Below are positions 39,494-54,620 of a stretch of DNA of 64,000 nucleotides, piece after piece. The position numbers and the translations under genes are program-made. The stretch covers positions 434,001 through 498,000 of the forward strand of contig JAWMAR010000079.1 of NCBI GenBank assembly GCA_036785375.1. Reading direction: 5' to 3'. The notes beneath the pieces are model-generated. The model saw only the letters and a list, made by a program, of their open reading frames with translations, was not told where the DNA came from and did no database searches. The first letter of the stretch is position 1, and every line of letters begins with the position of its first letter. The DNA is from Leucoraja ocellata. Its lineage: Eukaryota.

Positions 39494-39890
39494 TGTGTAG
39501 GAAGGAACAACAGATGTTGATTTAAAACGAAAATAGACACAAGAAGCTGGAGTAACTCAGTGGGACAGGCAACATCTCTGGAGAGAGGAATGGGTGACGT
39601 TTTGGGTCGGGACCCTTCTTCAGACTGGTTAGGGAAAAGGGAAACGAGAGATATAGGCGATGATGTGGAGAGATAAAGAACAATGAGTGAAAGATGTGCA
39701 AAAAGTAACGATGATAAAGGAAACAGGCGTTTGTTAGTTGTTTGTTAGGTGACAACGAGAAGCTAGTCCGACTTGGGTGGGAGAAGGATAGAGAGAGAGA
39801 GAGAGAGAGGGAATGCCAGGGCTATCTGAAGTTAGAGAAATCAAACTGCCCAAGCGAAATATGAGATGCTGTTCCTCCAATTTAGCCTGA
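39494..39890 (-). mobile_element. Penelope-like element 3' fragment (GIY-YIG C-terminus, 3' UTR, hammerhead-like motif)
   Basis: Minus-strand KLEEQHLIFRLGSL, pyrimidine-rich UTR, then CTGAAGAAGGGTCCCGACCCAAAACGTC and the common terminal segment. Confidence 0.75.
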
Positions 39891-40881
39891 CTGTTGTGAG
39901 GTAATAAAATTGTTAACCCAGTCTGCTTGCAGCAAAATCCCGTGATCAGTGACATAATAGTGATTTCATGATCTGTTTTGTGATCGTTATTGAGCGGTAA
40001 ATGTTTGTCCAGTTCCATTGCACCATTTTTTTATTCATGTAAGAAAGAAGGTAACGTATCTGTTTAGTGTATCACCTTAAAAGTGATGCTAACGTAACAC
40101 TTTCAGTATTGTAGATGATCCCCAGATCCTGCTACACATTACATGTAGTGTTCACCACTCATTGGGTAATTCTATGCATTGAGCAGTTATTTGGATATGT
40201 TGCATTGTTCAATAGCAGCATATTAACTGTATTGAAGATCATTTTCCTTTCAATAGGGATTGGAGTTTTGACAGGTTTATTTTAATTCTTCCCTTTTGCC
40301 TCGAGTGTCATCTTTCAGGCATTCAAAGTAGAAATCTGTGGGGTCGGGTGCTATGCCAGCCTTCAATACACGATTCCTGCTAATATTCCAGGGCAACACT
40401 GAGCAAGTGCTGCATGCTGGTGATGCCACCTTAAGATGTTACAATAATAATCCTTCTTTCTCCCTAAGGTAGACTTAAAAAAGCCTGTTGCTCTATTTTG
40501 AAGAGGGCAAGATAGTTCTTTCAGTGTCCTGGCCAATAGTAATCCCTCAATTAACATCTCTAACACAATACTTGGGCATCCGTCTGTTTGTGAGAGTTTG
40601 CTGTGTGCATATTAGCATTTACATCACAACCAATTACAGTTAAAGATATTGTCTGTAAAAGGAGGACTCCATCATGTCTGTGCCATGCCTGGAAGGAATG
40701 TGAAAACCATGAAATAAATCAAATTTTAAAGTTACCCATTTACACCCTTGGGCACTACTGACAAGATGATTTAAACCTCTCGTTTCCATGGTTATGCATT
40801 CTGCAGTTCTCACAATGAGGCATTTAAAGTTAGAAAATCACGTTTGCTCGATTTGCAATATGCATTGAGCCTAGAGTCTGA

Positions 40882-41133
<252 letters not shown>

Positions 41134-41749
41134 TGACAGTTTAATCTTCTTTTGTATATTTAGAGCTATGTATTTATATGGGCCCCATGACTCACTGATA
41201 TATTTCGGGCTGTGATGCCCCATAAATGTAATAGATCATCACTGAAGTTTATGACTAGTCACATCTTGAGAGAAGGAGAGACAAAAGAAGTGATAGCACG
41301 CATAAAGTAACTCTGATTATGCCAGCTTTTATTCAAGCAATTATCTCCAGAATTTATTTTATTAAAAAATATCTTCAAATTTAGCACCAATCAGTGAACA
41401 ATTACATAACTGGTCAGTTCTGCTTATGGGGATCTTGTTAATGCAAAATAGCTACTTTATATTGTGATTACACTTCAAATCAATTTAATCTGTGTTCATG
41501 CACAGTGACTTGCATTTTGTGTGCTTGGATGACTGTCAATATTACATCTTGAAAATGACATGCACGCATAAAAATGATAAGGATGCTCCTTGGGAGTGCT
41601 CCACAAGATCTTCTACCTTCCTATCATTTTCCTGCGATAAATTTCCCCTCATTTCCATCCTCAATGGCCTGACCCTTATACTGCGACTGTGACCCTCTAG
41701 TTTCAGGCTCCTCAGATAAAGGAAACATTCTCCTCACATCTACCCCATA

Positions 41750-41972
41750 TCCTGTGACCGTGTGGGTTTCTTCCAGGTGCTTTGCTATCCTCCTACATCC
41801 CAAAGACTTGCAAGTCTGTAGGTTAATTGGCCTCTGTAAATTGCTGCAGTGTGTAGGGAGTGGGATTAGAAAGTGGCATAACATAGAGCTAATGTAAACG
41901 TGTGATTGCTGGTCTGCATGGACTCAATGGGCCAAAGGGGCTGTTTCTATTCTGTATCACCAAACTAAACTA
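41750..41972 (+). mobile_element. V-SINE 3' part
   Basis: gtgaccgtgtgggtttc...gtaggttaattggc...caaactaaact. Confidence 0.72.
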
Positions 41973-42387
41973 TATCTTCATTCAATAAAGACTAGCATGC
42001 CATTTCCCTGCCTCATTGCGTGCTGCGCCACATTAGCTTTCAGTGATTTAGAAACCATGATATCAAGGTGCATTGAAGCATCAACATTTTACTCAAGAGG
42101 GTAACTTTACATTTTTCACTTTGTACTCCATCTGCCATGTTGTTGCCCACTCACTCAGCTTGTTTATTTTCCCTTGAAGCTTCATTGCATCCTCATAACA
42201 ACTTGCATTTTCACTTTGTCTTGTGTCAACTGCAAACTGGGAAATCCTGCAGTTTGGCTGAGGAGAAAATATTTATTAGGTTTGTGAATAGTTAAGGCCC
42301 ATGCACCAATCCCAATATACCTGACTAATCATAGTCTGCCAACCTAAGAAGATCCTTTTTAATAGTTTATTGGTCTGATAGTCTAAT

Positions 42388-42517
42388 AGTCTGAAGGATC
42401 TCGACTCGAAACGTCGTCCATTCCTTCTCTCCAGAGATGATGCCTGTCCCGCTGAGTTACTCCAGCATTTTATGTCTATCTTCGATTTAAACCAGCATCT
42501 GCTGTTCCTTCCTACAC
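42388..42517 (+). mobile_element. Penelope-derived short element
   Basis: ctgaaggatctcgactcgaaacgtc...ccttcctacac; flanking direct repeat ttttaatagttta. Confidence 0.72.
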
Positions 42518-42958
42518 GTTTTAATAGTTTACTTTGTGTTAACTATCTCTCAATCTTGTTTGTGTATCATCCCTAATTTATGTGCTTGTTCTTCAACCTA
42601 ATCATTAACTAAATTCCATTGAAGTTTCTTGTTCACCAACCTATGTAGAAAGTTAACGGAGGAAGTCTGAAAATTTAAATACCTCATTTCCACAGGTTTG
42701 ACTTCAATGGACTTAGTCAAATATGATTTCCCTTTTGTAAAATTCACATTGACTCTGCTGAAAGTAATTAATTTTCTAAATGTCTTGTTATCTCATCCTT
42801 GGTTACAGATTTTGGCAATTTCCAATTACTGATGTCAGGCTAACATATCGGTAGTTGCCCTGTTTTTCTTTTATATTCTGTTTTATCACTGAAATGGAAA
42901 TCACTGGCAGTGAAGTAAGAATCACATACTACCTCCTTTTAGAGATACTCCCATCAAA

Positions 42959-43088
42959 TTGAAAAAGGGTCTCGACCTGAAACGTCGCCTATTCCTTCTC
43001 TCTATAGATGCTGCCTCACCCGCTGAGTTTCTCCAACATTTTTGTCTACCTTTGATTTTTTCAGCATCTGCAGTTCTTTCTTAAACAA
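42959..43088 (+). mobile_element. Penelope-derived short element
   Basis: gggtctcgacctgaaacgtc; TSD CCCATCAAA at 42950-42958 and 43089-43097. Confidence 0.75.
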
Positions 43089-44020
43089 CCCATCAAACAT
43101 CCTTCGAATTGATATTTAGAAAAAAGTAGATTTTATTAAATTGCACGGAGGGATGTGCATTTGGCCGGTAAAAACCTGAAGGAGATATTCACAGCCAATA
43201 CTCTCCAGCATAATCAATCCATTATGACGTAACTTTGTAATCCACTGTGCCAATGCTGTGAAATGAAATTAGTCTTAGACTGCATCCTGATTGCCTGTAA
43301 GGAACACCCGTAAAAGTTGTTGCTTATGTATGAGCACATAAACAATGCACAATATCTCGGAACGCAATAGGACTTGAATGCCCAATCTCTGTTGTGATGG
43401 AAGCAACATTTCATACCCATTCTGTTCTTCCCCACCCCACATGTATTGAGATTGATGCTTACGGTCAAAGAGAAAGAAATTTAATTTCACAACCTCAATG
43501 TCTTGGAGCTCTTTATAACTAATTAAAAAAAATTAGTAACTTACATAAAGAGGAAACACATAGCCAATGTTCCCATCAAGCTCCCACAATCGGTTCCATA
43601 AAAATTATCATATTGTATGTTTTGGTGATATTGATTGAACGGTCTTGGTGGGAGAACTCCACCACTTGCTTGTTTTGGGAGCAGATGTTGCTTGGTTTAC
43701 TGTCCAACCAGCAAGATGGCACCACCAGCCATTCAGCTCACCTTGCTGGAGAATGCTGATGATCATCAATGGTGCACTGTCACGCCCATCCTTGTGTCTC
43801 ATCCTTCCATGTTTTAACCATTGGTTTACATACATCCTAGAAAGTGCGTGAAAGACTGATTCTTGAATTTCAGTCTTGTAGCATCTTCTCCTCATCTTCA
43901 AGCTATTATACAAAGAGAAAATGGACGGACATTTTATCTTTCATCTGGTGGTTTCTCTGAATTGCTCACACCTATGAGAGACATCTAATCAAATCCCAAA
44001 TGACTGTCAAACCCTGTTGA

Positions 44021-44305
<285 letters not shown>

Positions 44306-45821
44306 TAGAACCAGCCTGTGATGTATAGTTTTATTATGTTTCAGTGACTTATAAAAATGATCTGCGGTGATGTTTTTCAACCAGGAAAAAGGTAACACAT
44401 GAAGGAAATTATTTTAAATTTTTAGTGGTGCATCTTATAGGTGTAATGATCTGTGGCAGATGGAACCACCTAGTCCATCGGTCCCAGTGCTTTTGAAAGA
44501 TCAGAAGTACTTATTTAGCTCTTGTTTTCCCTTAGTTATTTAATGTTCATTCTTCACCAATGTTTGAAAGTTCTGGTTGAATCTTCTTCCGTTGCCCCTA
44601 AATGCAACATATTCCAAATTATAATGGTTAATTCTTTTAAACAGATTCTCCTTATCTCTTTGATTCTTTGACCAGTCACTTTTAATTCCTATCCTTCGGT
44701 TCCTGATCCTTCTGTCACTTGGAAACTGTTTCAACTCATTAACCCTTACCTTCAACAAGGCCTCCCTGTCTACCCTATCAAACCAACTCCTAATTTTGAG
44801 GAGATTTATATTTCTTCCCTAAAAATAACAGTGCCAGACAGTTGCCTGTCTCAAACAAGAGAGTGTCCATCAAACTCAATGGCATTATCATTGCTGAGCT
44901 TCCCACCATTAATATCCCTGGGTCACAGATACATACTGTGACCACAAAAGTTGGTCAGAGGCTGGGTATCCTGTAGTAAGTGTAATGTCTCCTGATAGCC
45001 AAAGCCTTTTCACCATCTACAAGGCAAAAGTCAACAGTGTGATGGAGTACTCTCTCCCTGGCAATATGAGTGCACTTTCAAGAGGCTCATCATCATTTAG
45101 ATTAAAACAATTCAATTGATTGGCATCCCATTCATACTTGCTCCTCCACTGGTACATAGGATGTGCCATCTACAAAATGCACACTCATTTTACTCTTGAA
45201 GCACCTCCCAAACTTGCATCCCCTACCACCAAGAAGGGAAAGGGTAGCAAGTACATGTAAACTGGCTCCATCCACATGCACACATCCTGACTTAAAAATA
45301 TATTAGAAACGCCAAAGACCGCATATTAATTATCACTGGATCCAAACATGAAATTCCCTCCCCAAAAAGGAACACAATCGTTCAATGGATTGTAGCGGTT
45401 CAGTGAGAGAGCTCACCACCTCCATTACCTCAAAGACAATTAGGATTGAGCATTAAATGCTATCCTTGACGGTAAGACCAGATACTGAAAAAGAATGAGA
45501 ATAAACCTTGGCTTCTTCACTCAGACAACTTAACTGCCTATATAATTAAAATCCTATAAGCCTGTGATTCTAGGAAATTCTATATTAAAGTGATTCTTTT
45601 TAAAAAGCAATCAATACTGTGCAGCAGAAATTTTGAAAAGGGCATATAAGTGCGCTGTGACATTAGGTGAAGTTGTTCGATATATTCTCTGTGGAAGCAA
45701 AATGCCATGAAAATCCTAATCGTAAATAGGGAGTGACTGTATGGTTCACAGGGTGTGTTGCTAGGATTAAGGTCTGTCAAGATGATTACCTGTCTCATCT
45801 GTGAATCGTGTGTTCCATTAG

Positions 45822-46022
<201 letters not shown>

Positions 46023-46093
46023 TAAGGAACTGCCATCGAAAGCTTACCAGAGCAAGGCACTAAACTCAGTTGAGGCATCTGGCCAACATCTTT

Positions 46094-46318
46094 AGGTACA
46101 CAAAAATGTTGGAGAAACTCAGCGGGTGCAGCAGCATCTAGGAGCGAAGGAAATGGGCAACGTTTTCAGGCCGAAAACCTTCGTTGGAAGAAGGCTTTCG
46201 GCCCGAAACGTTGCCTATTTCCTTCGCTCCTAGATGCTGCTGCACCCACTGAGTTTCTCCAGCATTTTTGTGTACCTTCGATTTTCCAGCATCTGCAGTT
46301 CCTTCTTAAACACTCAGT
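46094..46318. mobile_element. Penelope-derived palindromic element (subfamily A)
   Basis: About 85-bp inverted arms; TSD CAACATCTTT at 46084-46093 and 46319-46328. Confidence 0.8.
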
Positions 46319-46450
46319 CAACATCTTTGGTCTGTGGTTTTCTCATGGGAGTAGGGAGATGCTGTGGTGGGAAGATGTTTTTTTTTTCAGAATTCCCATT
46401 AACCATTCTTGATGTCTTGATGCTCTTGTGACTAAACCCCATCCAAGACA

Positions 46451-46652
46451 CAGAAAGAGACACAGCCGACCAGGCAACATCTCTGGTGAACATGAATAGG
46501 TGACGTTTCTGATTGGGACCCGTCAGACTGAAGAAGGATCCTGACCTGAAATGTCACCTATTCATGTTCTCCAGAGATGCTGCCTGACCCGCTGAGTTTC
46601 TTCAGCACTTTGTGTCTTTTATTGTAAACCAGCATCTGCAGTTCTTGATGTT
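46451..46652. mobile_element. Penelope-derived palindromic element (subfamily B-like)
   Basis: Inverted arms; flanking cccatc(c/t)aagaca repeats. Confidence 0.72.
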
Positions 46653-47473
46653 CCCATCTAAGACAACAGAATAGAATTTGTTATTACCTCGGTCATGAGT
46701 CGGAATGTTCCAGATGCGCATTTGTGAGGAGAGTGTCATCTGAGGATCTTTGTTTAAGGCTTTTGGAATTTCATAAGATCAGGGAAGGCATGATATAAAT
46801 GTGAGTTATTTGTCTTCATTATACAATGCATGCATACATACAAGCATGGATTGGTTGTGGCAGCTTCCTGGGCAGAATAATCCAGTGTCCATTGTAGCCC
46901 TAGTATGATCATTGTACTTTGAAACACGAGCATGAAAAGAACAGCCCAGGATATTCTGAGGAAATAACAGTAAGATTTATACTTGGCTCTTGATGAGCCC
47001 AGTAACTTGTGGCAACGGAGAATTGTTACAGAATGAGTTGTGTCCTACCAAAATGGAAGATCGGTCTTAACTAGCTTGAAAACTAGTTGTTTTCATTGTG
47101 AAAATAGATTGAACACTACAGGAAGTTAGGATTGGTGCTTAAGATTTATGATTTCCAATGTCATCCCATGATGGTCACCCAGAAAAGGAGTAATTGAAAC
47201 TGTTAACTTTCATTCCTGTAGGTCCCTGGTTGGTTGTGACTTTTAAAATCAAATTATATCATTTCTTAGTTTATTTCCTCACCTCCTTGATTAAAGGGAA
47301 GCCTTGTTACTCTGTTGTCATAGGAAACCTCATGATCTCTGCCATCTGCTCATTTTATCAGCGAATCCTTGCAGAAATCTTGGGTATAAAGTTGTGCAAA
47401 CTTGAATTGTATGGGGGGAATTATAAACAGAACATCCTTCAAGAAAATGCATTCTGGACCATGTGTCACCTGA

Positions 47474-47749
<276 letters not shown>

Positions 47750-49515
47750 TAACCTCTTGTACTAATACTGAAATAATAATTACTGTTACTAGGCCTGAAA
47801 TACTATTATTTAATGACAATTGGTGTTGAAATACAAATAAAGTGTTTTGATATGATGGATAAGGAGAAACTGTTGTTGCAATGGCAAGAGAGTCAGTAAC
47901 CAGCGAGCGTAGACTTAAGATCACTAGCAAAGGAACCTGAGGGGATACGGGACAAAATGTTTTATGGAGCTTCTTGTTGTTATCTGGATTGTGTTGCCTG
48001 AAAGAGAACGGGGAAGAGATTTTTCTGGAACCTTCAAAATGGAATTGAATGAATTGTTAGAAAACACAAATGATCAGGTCTATGGGAAAGGAATGGTGGA
48101 GTAATTGTTGACTACTTAGGAAGGGCACAGCAGGAAAAATGGCTTGCTTCTGTACATATGATTGAATGTGTTAATTCCTCCTTCATAAAACTAACCTAAA
48201 GTCAGTTTATGATGAAGGGTGGGTGTTTAATTGGTGTGTGTTATGCACAGCAAGCATGATCTGCATCTGTTGCAATCAAACCATATCATATGCACGTAAA
48301 ACCTACCATTTTAAGAAAGTCTATACACTGGAAATGTTTATTTCATCTAGTCAATGATTGCCTGCAGAATCAGAGTATTACCTATTGACTCATTAAAGGC
48401 AGCAATGCACCATTCAGTATAGACTGTGTTCTTGCCCTATATTCATATTGACGGTCACTATTAATTGACAACCACATGTCAATGGTTCAACATGCTGTGC
48501 CACAGCATCAGGAGTTGGAATTCTGTGATCAGGCAATAACCATCTCCAACAAGGAAGAGTCTCTATCACTTTGTCATTCCCATCATGAGAACTGCCATCA
48601 ACATCACAGTGACTCGCCATTAGCCAGAAACTTAGCTTAATCGGCAATCATACAGCGGCCAACAGAGCATGTCAGGCTGTGTCTCCTATAATGAATATCA
48701 TCTTCTGAAGCTCCAAATCCATCCATTATCATGTTATTGACTGTGGTGAAACACTTTCCACTAGCCTGGATGAGTGCAGCTCTAACATCACTGAAAACTC
48801 AACACCATCCAGAATAAAGCAGCGTTCATGATTGACACTACACCTGTCATGCTAAACATTCACTCCCTCTGCCACTACCATCTGCAAAAGGTACTACACT
48901 AACGTTCCTCTGCTACTCTTGACAGCACCCACTAAATTATTGCCACCACAAAGGATACGGGCAACAGATACTGGGAGCATCATTATGCTCCTTGATGGGT
49001 ATGATTTCCCACCACCTCTTGATGGGAAATTAGGGATGGACAATAGTTGCTGGACTTGCTATATCCCATGAATGGAGACGCATCCCATACATGGAAGAAT
49101 GGATGTGTGTACATATGTGTCTTTTGCATATCTTTGCCACAAATTGCCATTTTGAGATTTGAACTTACAATCTCCGTGTTGGTGGTCAGCACTGTAACTC
49201 CAATTATTCCCATACCCTTAAAATGATTGGTCAGGTGAATATCATACTATCACTGAACAGCATAGCACAGGAGGAAATCATTAAAACCATTAATTCTATG
49301 GTAACACTTTCAAAAAGCAATCCATTTAATCCCTCTTCCTTTTGCCACTGTTAAATCGACATTTATCTGTTTATTAGGGAACACAATACAAATCCCATCC
49401 ACTGTACTAAGAGTTTTCTTTGAGTAGCTATTGTTTCTTAAATTGATTCTCTGCACAATGTTCTAAATTGTCCTTATGGTTTTGAACTCCATCACTGCTA
49501 ACTGTCCTTATGTAG

Positions 49516-49663
49516 AATTATAGGACAAAAAATGTGACGGAGGAAGTGAAGAGAGTTGTACGCTTTGTACAGGAGAATTGCAGTGGTGGCAGTGGAAGAA
49601 AATACAGTGCGGGCCAGCCTTCTAGCAGGCTCACCCTGAACATGCTGATTGACATCTACCTCG
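49516..49663 (+). CDS. BLM: BLM exon 17 (RQC winged helix)
   Basis: NYRTKNVTEEVKRVVRFVQE...RLTLNMLIDIYL. Confidence 0.95.
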
Positions 49664-50019
49664 GTGAGTGAAGTTTGTTTCCAGATTATTGAATGTAGCA
49701 AATGACAGGCAGCGGTTGTTCCGTGTGTTTTTGTAATAAGGGGCTCTTCTGCTGTGTTAATTTCTTCATTTATGCCTGAACATTCTGATTCATCAGTGTT
49801 TCTTGTGAAAGGTGTTATAAAAATGCAGGCTCTTCTTTTCTTAAGGTAGAACCAGGACAAAGCAGAAAATTAGTCTCCGACTCCATTTATGAAGTGTCTA
49901 TATTTCTGTGTTTCATGAGCACACAAAGCCCTGTCTTTCTTGTCTCTTTAGTGCAGCCCAATGACTGTAAGCCCAGTCCCTAGGATTTGAGGAACATATC
50001 TGATTGTCAACTAGCCTAA

Positions 50020-50250
<231 letters not shown>

Positions 50251-50380
50251 TAATTCTTATATTGAACTTGTAGAACTGCCCTGCATTCATAGTATTGTTC
50301 ATGCTTATCCTCTCCAGTGGGTTCCATTGAAGTATTTGGCTTGATCTTTTGAGCAACAGTAGAACGATGTGTTTTTGTGA

Positions 50381-50593
<213 letters not shown>

Positions 50594-51780
50594 TAAGATA
50601 GATAAGTAAGTTAGACAACTTGAACTAAAACTGGGCTTGTGTGATTTCAGTGTTAACTTAGAGCAGAAGCATGGCATTGCTGCCATCTACAGACCACATT
50701 CAGCACTCTTTAAGCGGTGAGATTCCTGATGATGGTTCTAATGAAAGAAAAATAATGTTTATGTTTATTATTATGTTTTGCAATCTCAATGTTTCAAAAC
50801 TGTTTACACCAGTAAATGAATTGTATTAATTATGGTATAAACAGGAAACAAGGATAGGAAAAAAATAGAGAGATGTAGAATCTACTGGAGACTAATGTTA
50901 CTCGCTAAAATGGACATCTTGGTCAAAATGGATGAGTTGGGCTGAAGGACCTGTTTTCATGCTGTTTTACTATAAGACTAAACATGCCAACAATTTACAG
51001 ACAGTATGCTCCCACAAACAGCAATGTGACGATGAGCAGTTGATTTATTTACGATGATTTATTTGCGATGTTGGTTGAGGGATAAATACAAATGGTGTTC
51101 TGAGATTATTTAAATTTAGCTAAATCACAGGCTCTGTTTAATGATTCATCTGGGAATCAAAGGGTATAGACGCCATGCAGGAAAGTGAGCCCAAGGTGAA
51201 AGGTTAGCTGTGAACTTATTAAATGGTGGAGCAGATATGAGGAGACAAATTCTTTACCCCTCCACCCACACTCCTATTGTATGTGTTATATTCAAATAAT
51301 TCAGTACTGCACTGGAGTATCAGCTTAGATTTTTGTGCTTGGGTTTCTTGAATATTTTAAGTACTTTCCCAACCACATCAGAGTATGAAGAGTCATGTGG
51401 TGCATTGAAAGTGGGTGTCTTGCCGTCTTTTTCACAAAAAATAACCTTTGTCCTTTTGACATTTCTACTCCTCATATGTGGTTAAATGTTCAGTCTACTG
51501 GGCAAATTAAATTTAAATTTTGGGTGTAGAGTTTTAGGGTTCTGGATTTAGAAGGGGATCATAAGCTTGAATGATTTCTCCATTCTTGTATACCTCACTC
51601 AGCAACATCTGATCTTCCTATGAATCTACCTTATAAAAATGAATTAATGAGAAAACCATAAAAAATAACAAAATCAAAATGTGCAAAATAATAATCAATG
51701 AATGGAGATTATGGAAAGTCTTGCCGATAAACAGTCAGCACTGGTACCTTAGTTGTACCTGAAAAAATGTTGATAAGTAA

Positions 51781-51990
<210 letters not shown>

Positions 51991-52601
51991 TAGCAGCTTT
52001 ATGTTTTTCCTCCCAGGATATTACAAAGCTCTTTGTAATCAATTTGGTCATTTATGGTGTAAGATATATGCGGGCTAGAAGTTGAGATGCTTCCTGTAAT
52101 GGAACCGTCTTAAACAAGCAGACATAATGCAAGGCAGGGCCAGTCATTTAAAACTCTGGTTTCTCAAAATTAATTTTTGCAGATGAGGAAGAATTTCTAG
52201 AATTCTCTGTCTCAGCGGGTGGTTAGAGCTGGATCATTATAAGTATTTAATAAATCGAGAAATAAATGGCATAAAAAAAAGGAGAGAGAAGTTTTAAGAA
52301 ATTACATAGAAGGGAAGAGAAAAGTTCTAACCATTGATTATTTAAATGGTGAGGCCGGCTTGAAGGATGTGATCGCCTACTATTTTCTTGTGAGAGGTGA
52401 GATGGAGAAAGGTGCAAGGTGATTAGATTAATCAGGAGCAAATTAGGAGTCGGGCAGCAGAATTTTGAATGGATTCAGATTGATCTGAAAAGAATGGGAG
52501 GCAGATTGTGGACTGACCTTGGTACCTTTATTGTGTAAGTTACTCTACGGTAAAACTCTTTTCTACTCACACTTTACAATGTCACATTTGTGGCCCAACA
52601 G

Positions 52602-52800
52602 AAGAGGAAGTTGGTAAAGCTGATGCTCCCAATGGCTGGATAGACTGCCAGAGAAACCAGGATGAAGAGGAGTCGGAGGAAACCTCAGCGTACTTCAACA
52701 AAGGCAAAGGTGGCCCCATGAGGAAGCGAAAAAGGGCCCCACATTACAAGAGGGCAAAGAAACGGAAAACCGGATATAACAGCCAGCAACCTTCAAAAAG
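52602..52800 (+). CDS. BLM: BLM exon 21 (basic NLS)
   Basis: ...ETSAYFNKGKGGPMRKRKRAPHYKRAKKRK...; phases consistent; CAGAAG tandem acceptor. Confidence 0.9.
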
Positions 52801-52884
52801 GTGGGTGATCTGCCCACAAAATAGCCTGAATTATGAAAGCTTGTTATAATCTATGTTGAAATTACTGTTCCTGGAATGCATGTC

Positions 52885-54620
52885 GATTAGATTAAATTGA
52901 TTTATTGTCACTTACACCAGGGTGCACTGAAATCCCCTGTTCACATGAAGCTCATAGAGTAAGAATGGTGATGATAGATACAATAACAAAAGCATCAGAA
53001 GAGGTCAAAGGTTGTAGTGCATCTTAAGTAGTGCCGAAAAAGTACTAATGTGCATAAAAGAATAACTGAAGGAAGTAAAGTTAAAAGTATGAGCACGTGA
53101 CTGCATCTCCAGGAAGTGGGTTTGGAGGTTGTGATTGCTTTTTAGGAGTCTGAAAGCAGTGGGGGGAAAAGCTGTTGTTCAGTCTGGATGGCTGAACTTC
53201 AAAATTCCTGTATCTTTTCCTAGAACGTGAAGAGAGAAAAGTGGCAGGCATCCTTGGCAATGTTTCCAGCTTTCCTGATGCAATGCACTGTCAAGATGGT
53301 CTTGAAAGAATTAAGTGGTAAGCCTGTGATAGACTGGGCTGTGTAACCACTCTTGTAGGTTCAGGTGGTCAACAGCAGAGCAGTTGCTAAAACAGGCTGA
53401 GATGCTTCTGAGACGTAGTAGTTCAAGAGAACATGCCAAATCTTCTTGGATGCATATAAAAGTAAACACACTAATGTATTTTCTTGATCAATATGAAGGG
53501 ACTTGATTAGGCTGCTGGTGACATGGATGCCTAGAAACCTGAAGCTATTCATCTTTGAGGAGGACAGGATTATGTTCACTCCTTTCCCAACCCCACCCTC
53601 CTAAGGTCAACAACCAATTCTTCTGTCTTACTGACATTATAGAAACATAGAAACATAGAAATTAGGTGCAGGAGTAGGCCATTCGGCCCTTCGAGCCTGC
53701 ACCGCCATTTAATATGATCATGGCTGATCATCCAACTCAGTATCCCGTACCTGCCTTTTCTCCATACCCTCTGATCCCCTTGGCCACAAGGGCCACATCT
53801 AACTCCCTCTTAAATATAGCCAATGAACTGGCCTCAACTACCCTCTGTGGCAGAGAGTTCCAGAGATTCACCACTCTCTGTGTGAAAAAAGTTCTCCTCA
53901 TCTCGGTTTTAAAGGATTTCCCCCTTATCCTTAAGCTGTGACCCCTTGTCCTGGACTTCCCCAACATCGGAAACAATCTTCCTGCATCTAGCCTGTCCAA
54001 CCCCTTAAGAATTTTGTAAGTTTCTATAAGATCCCCTCTCAATCTCCTAAACTCTAGAGAGTATAAACCAAGTCTATCCAGTCTTTCTTCATAAGACAGT
54101 CCTGACATCCCAGGAATCAGTCTGGTGAACCTTCTCTGCACTCCCTCTATGGCAATAATGTCCTTCCTCAGATTTGGAGACCAAAAACTGCACGCAATAC
54201 TCCAGGTGTGGTCTCACCAAGACCCTATACAACTGCAGTAGAACCTCCCTGCTCCTATACTCAAATCCTCTTGCTATGAAAGCCAACATGCCATTCGCTT
54301 TCTTTACTGCCTGCTAATACAAGGTTGTTGTTCTGACACCATGATATGCGGTTCCTGATCTGCTTCCTGCACTCCATCTCCTTGTATTGATCCAGTCAGC
54401 AACAGTGGTATCATCAAATGTTAATTGGTACTTGGTCACATCGTCATGACTACAAGGAATAGAGCAAGGGACTGAGCACACAACCATGAGGAGCACCAGT
54501 GTTGAGGGTCAAGGTGGGGTAAATGCTATGACCAATTCAAACTGACAGGATTATGCTGGTCAGGTAGTCCAGAAACCAGTTCCAAGCCAGGCTCCAAAAT
54601 CACGATCCAGGTATTTAAGG
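52885..54620 (-). mobile_element. Old Rex1/Babar-like LINE fragment hosting a young CR1 insertion
   Basis: Minus-strand remnants FRFLGIHVT and FDDTTV; the host sequence resumes across the CR1. Confidence 0.6.
53639..54314 (-). mobile_element. Young 5'-truncated CR1-type LINE
   Basis: ORFs 54089..54289 and 53737..54141 (one frameshift): [10 protein letters not shown]...TRGHSLRI; (TTTCTATG)n tail. Confidence 0.92.

Noticed and set aside
39786-39810. (GA)n microsatellite
   Set aside because: Part of the Penelope-like 3' UTR rather than an independent feature.
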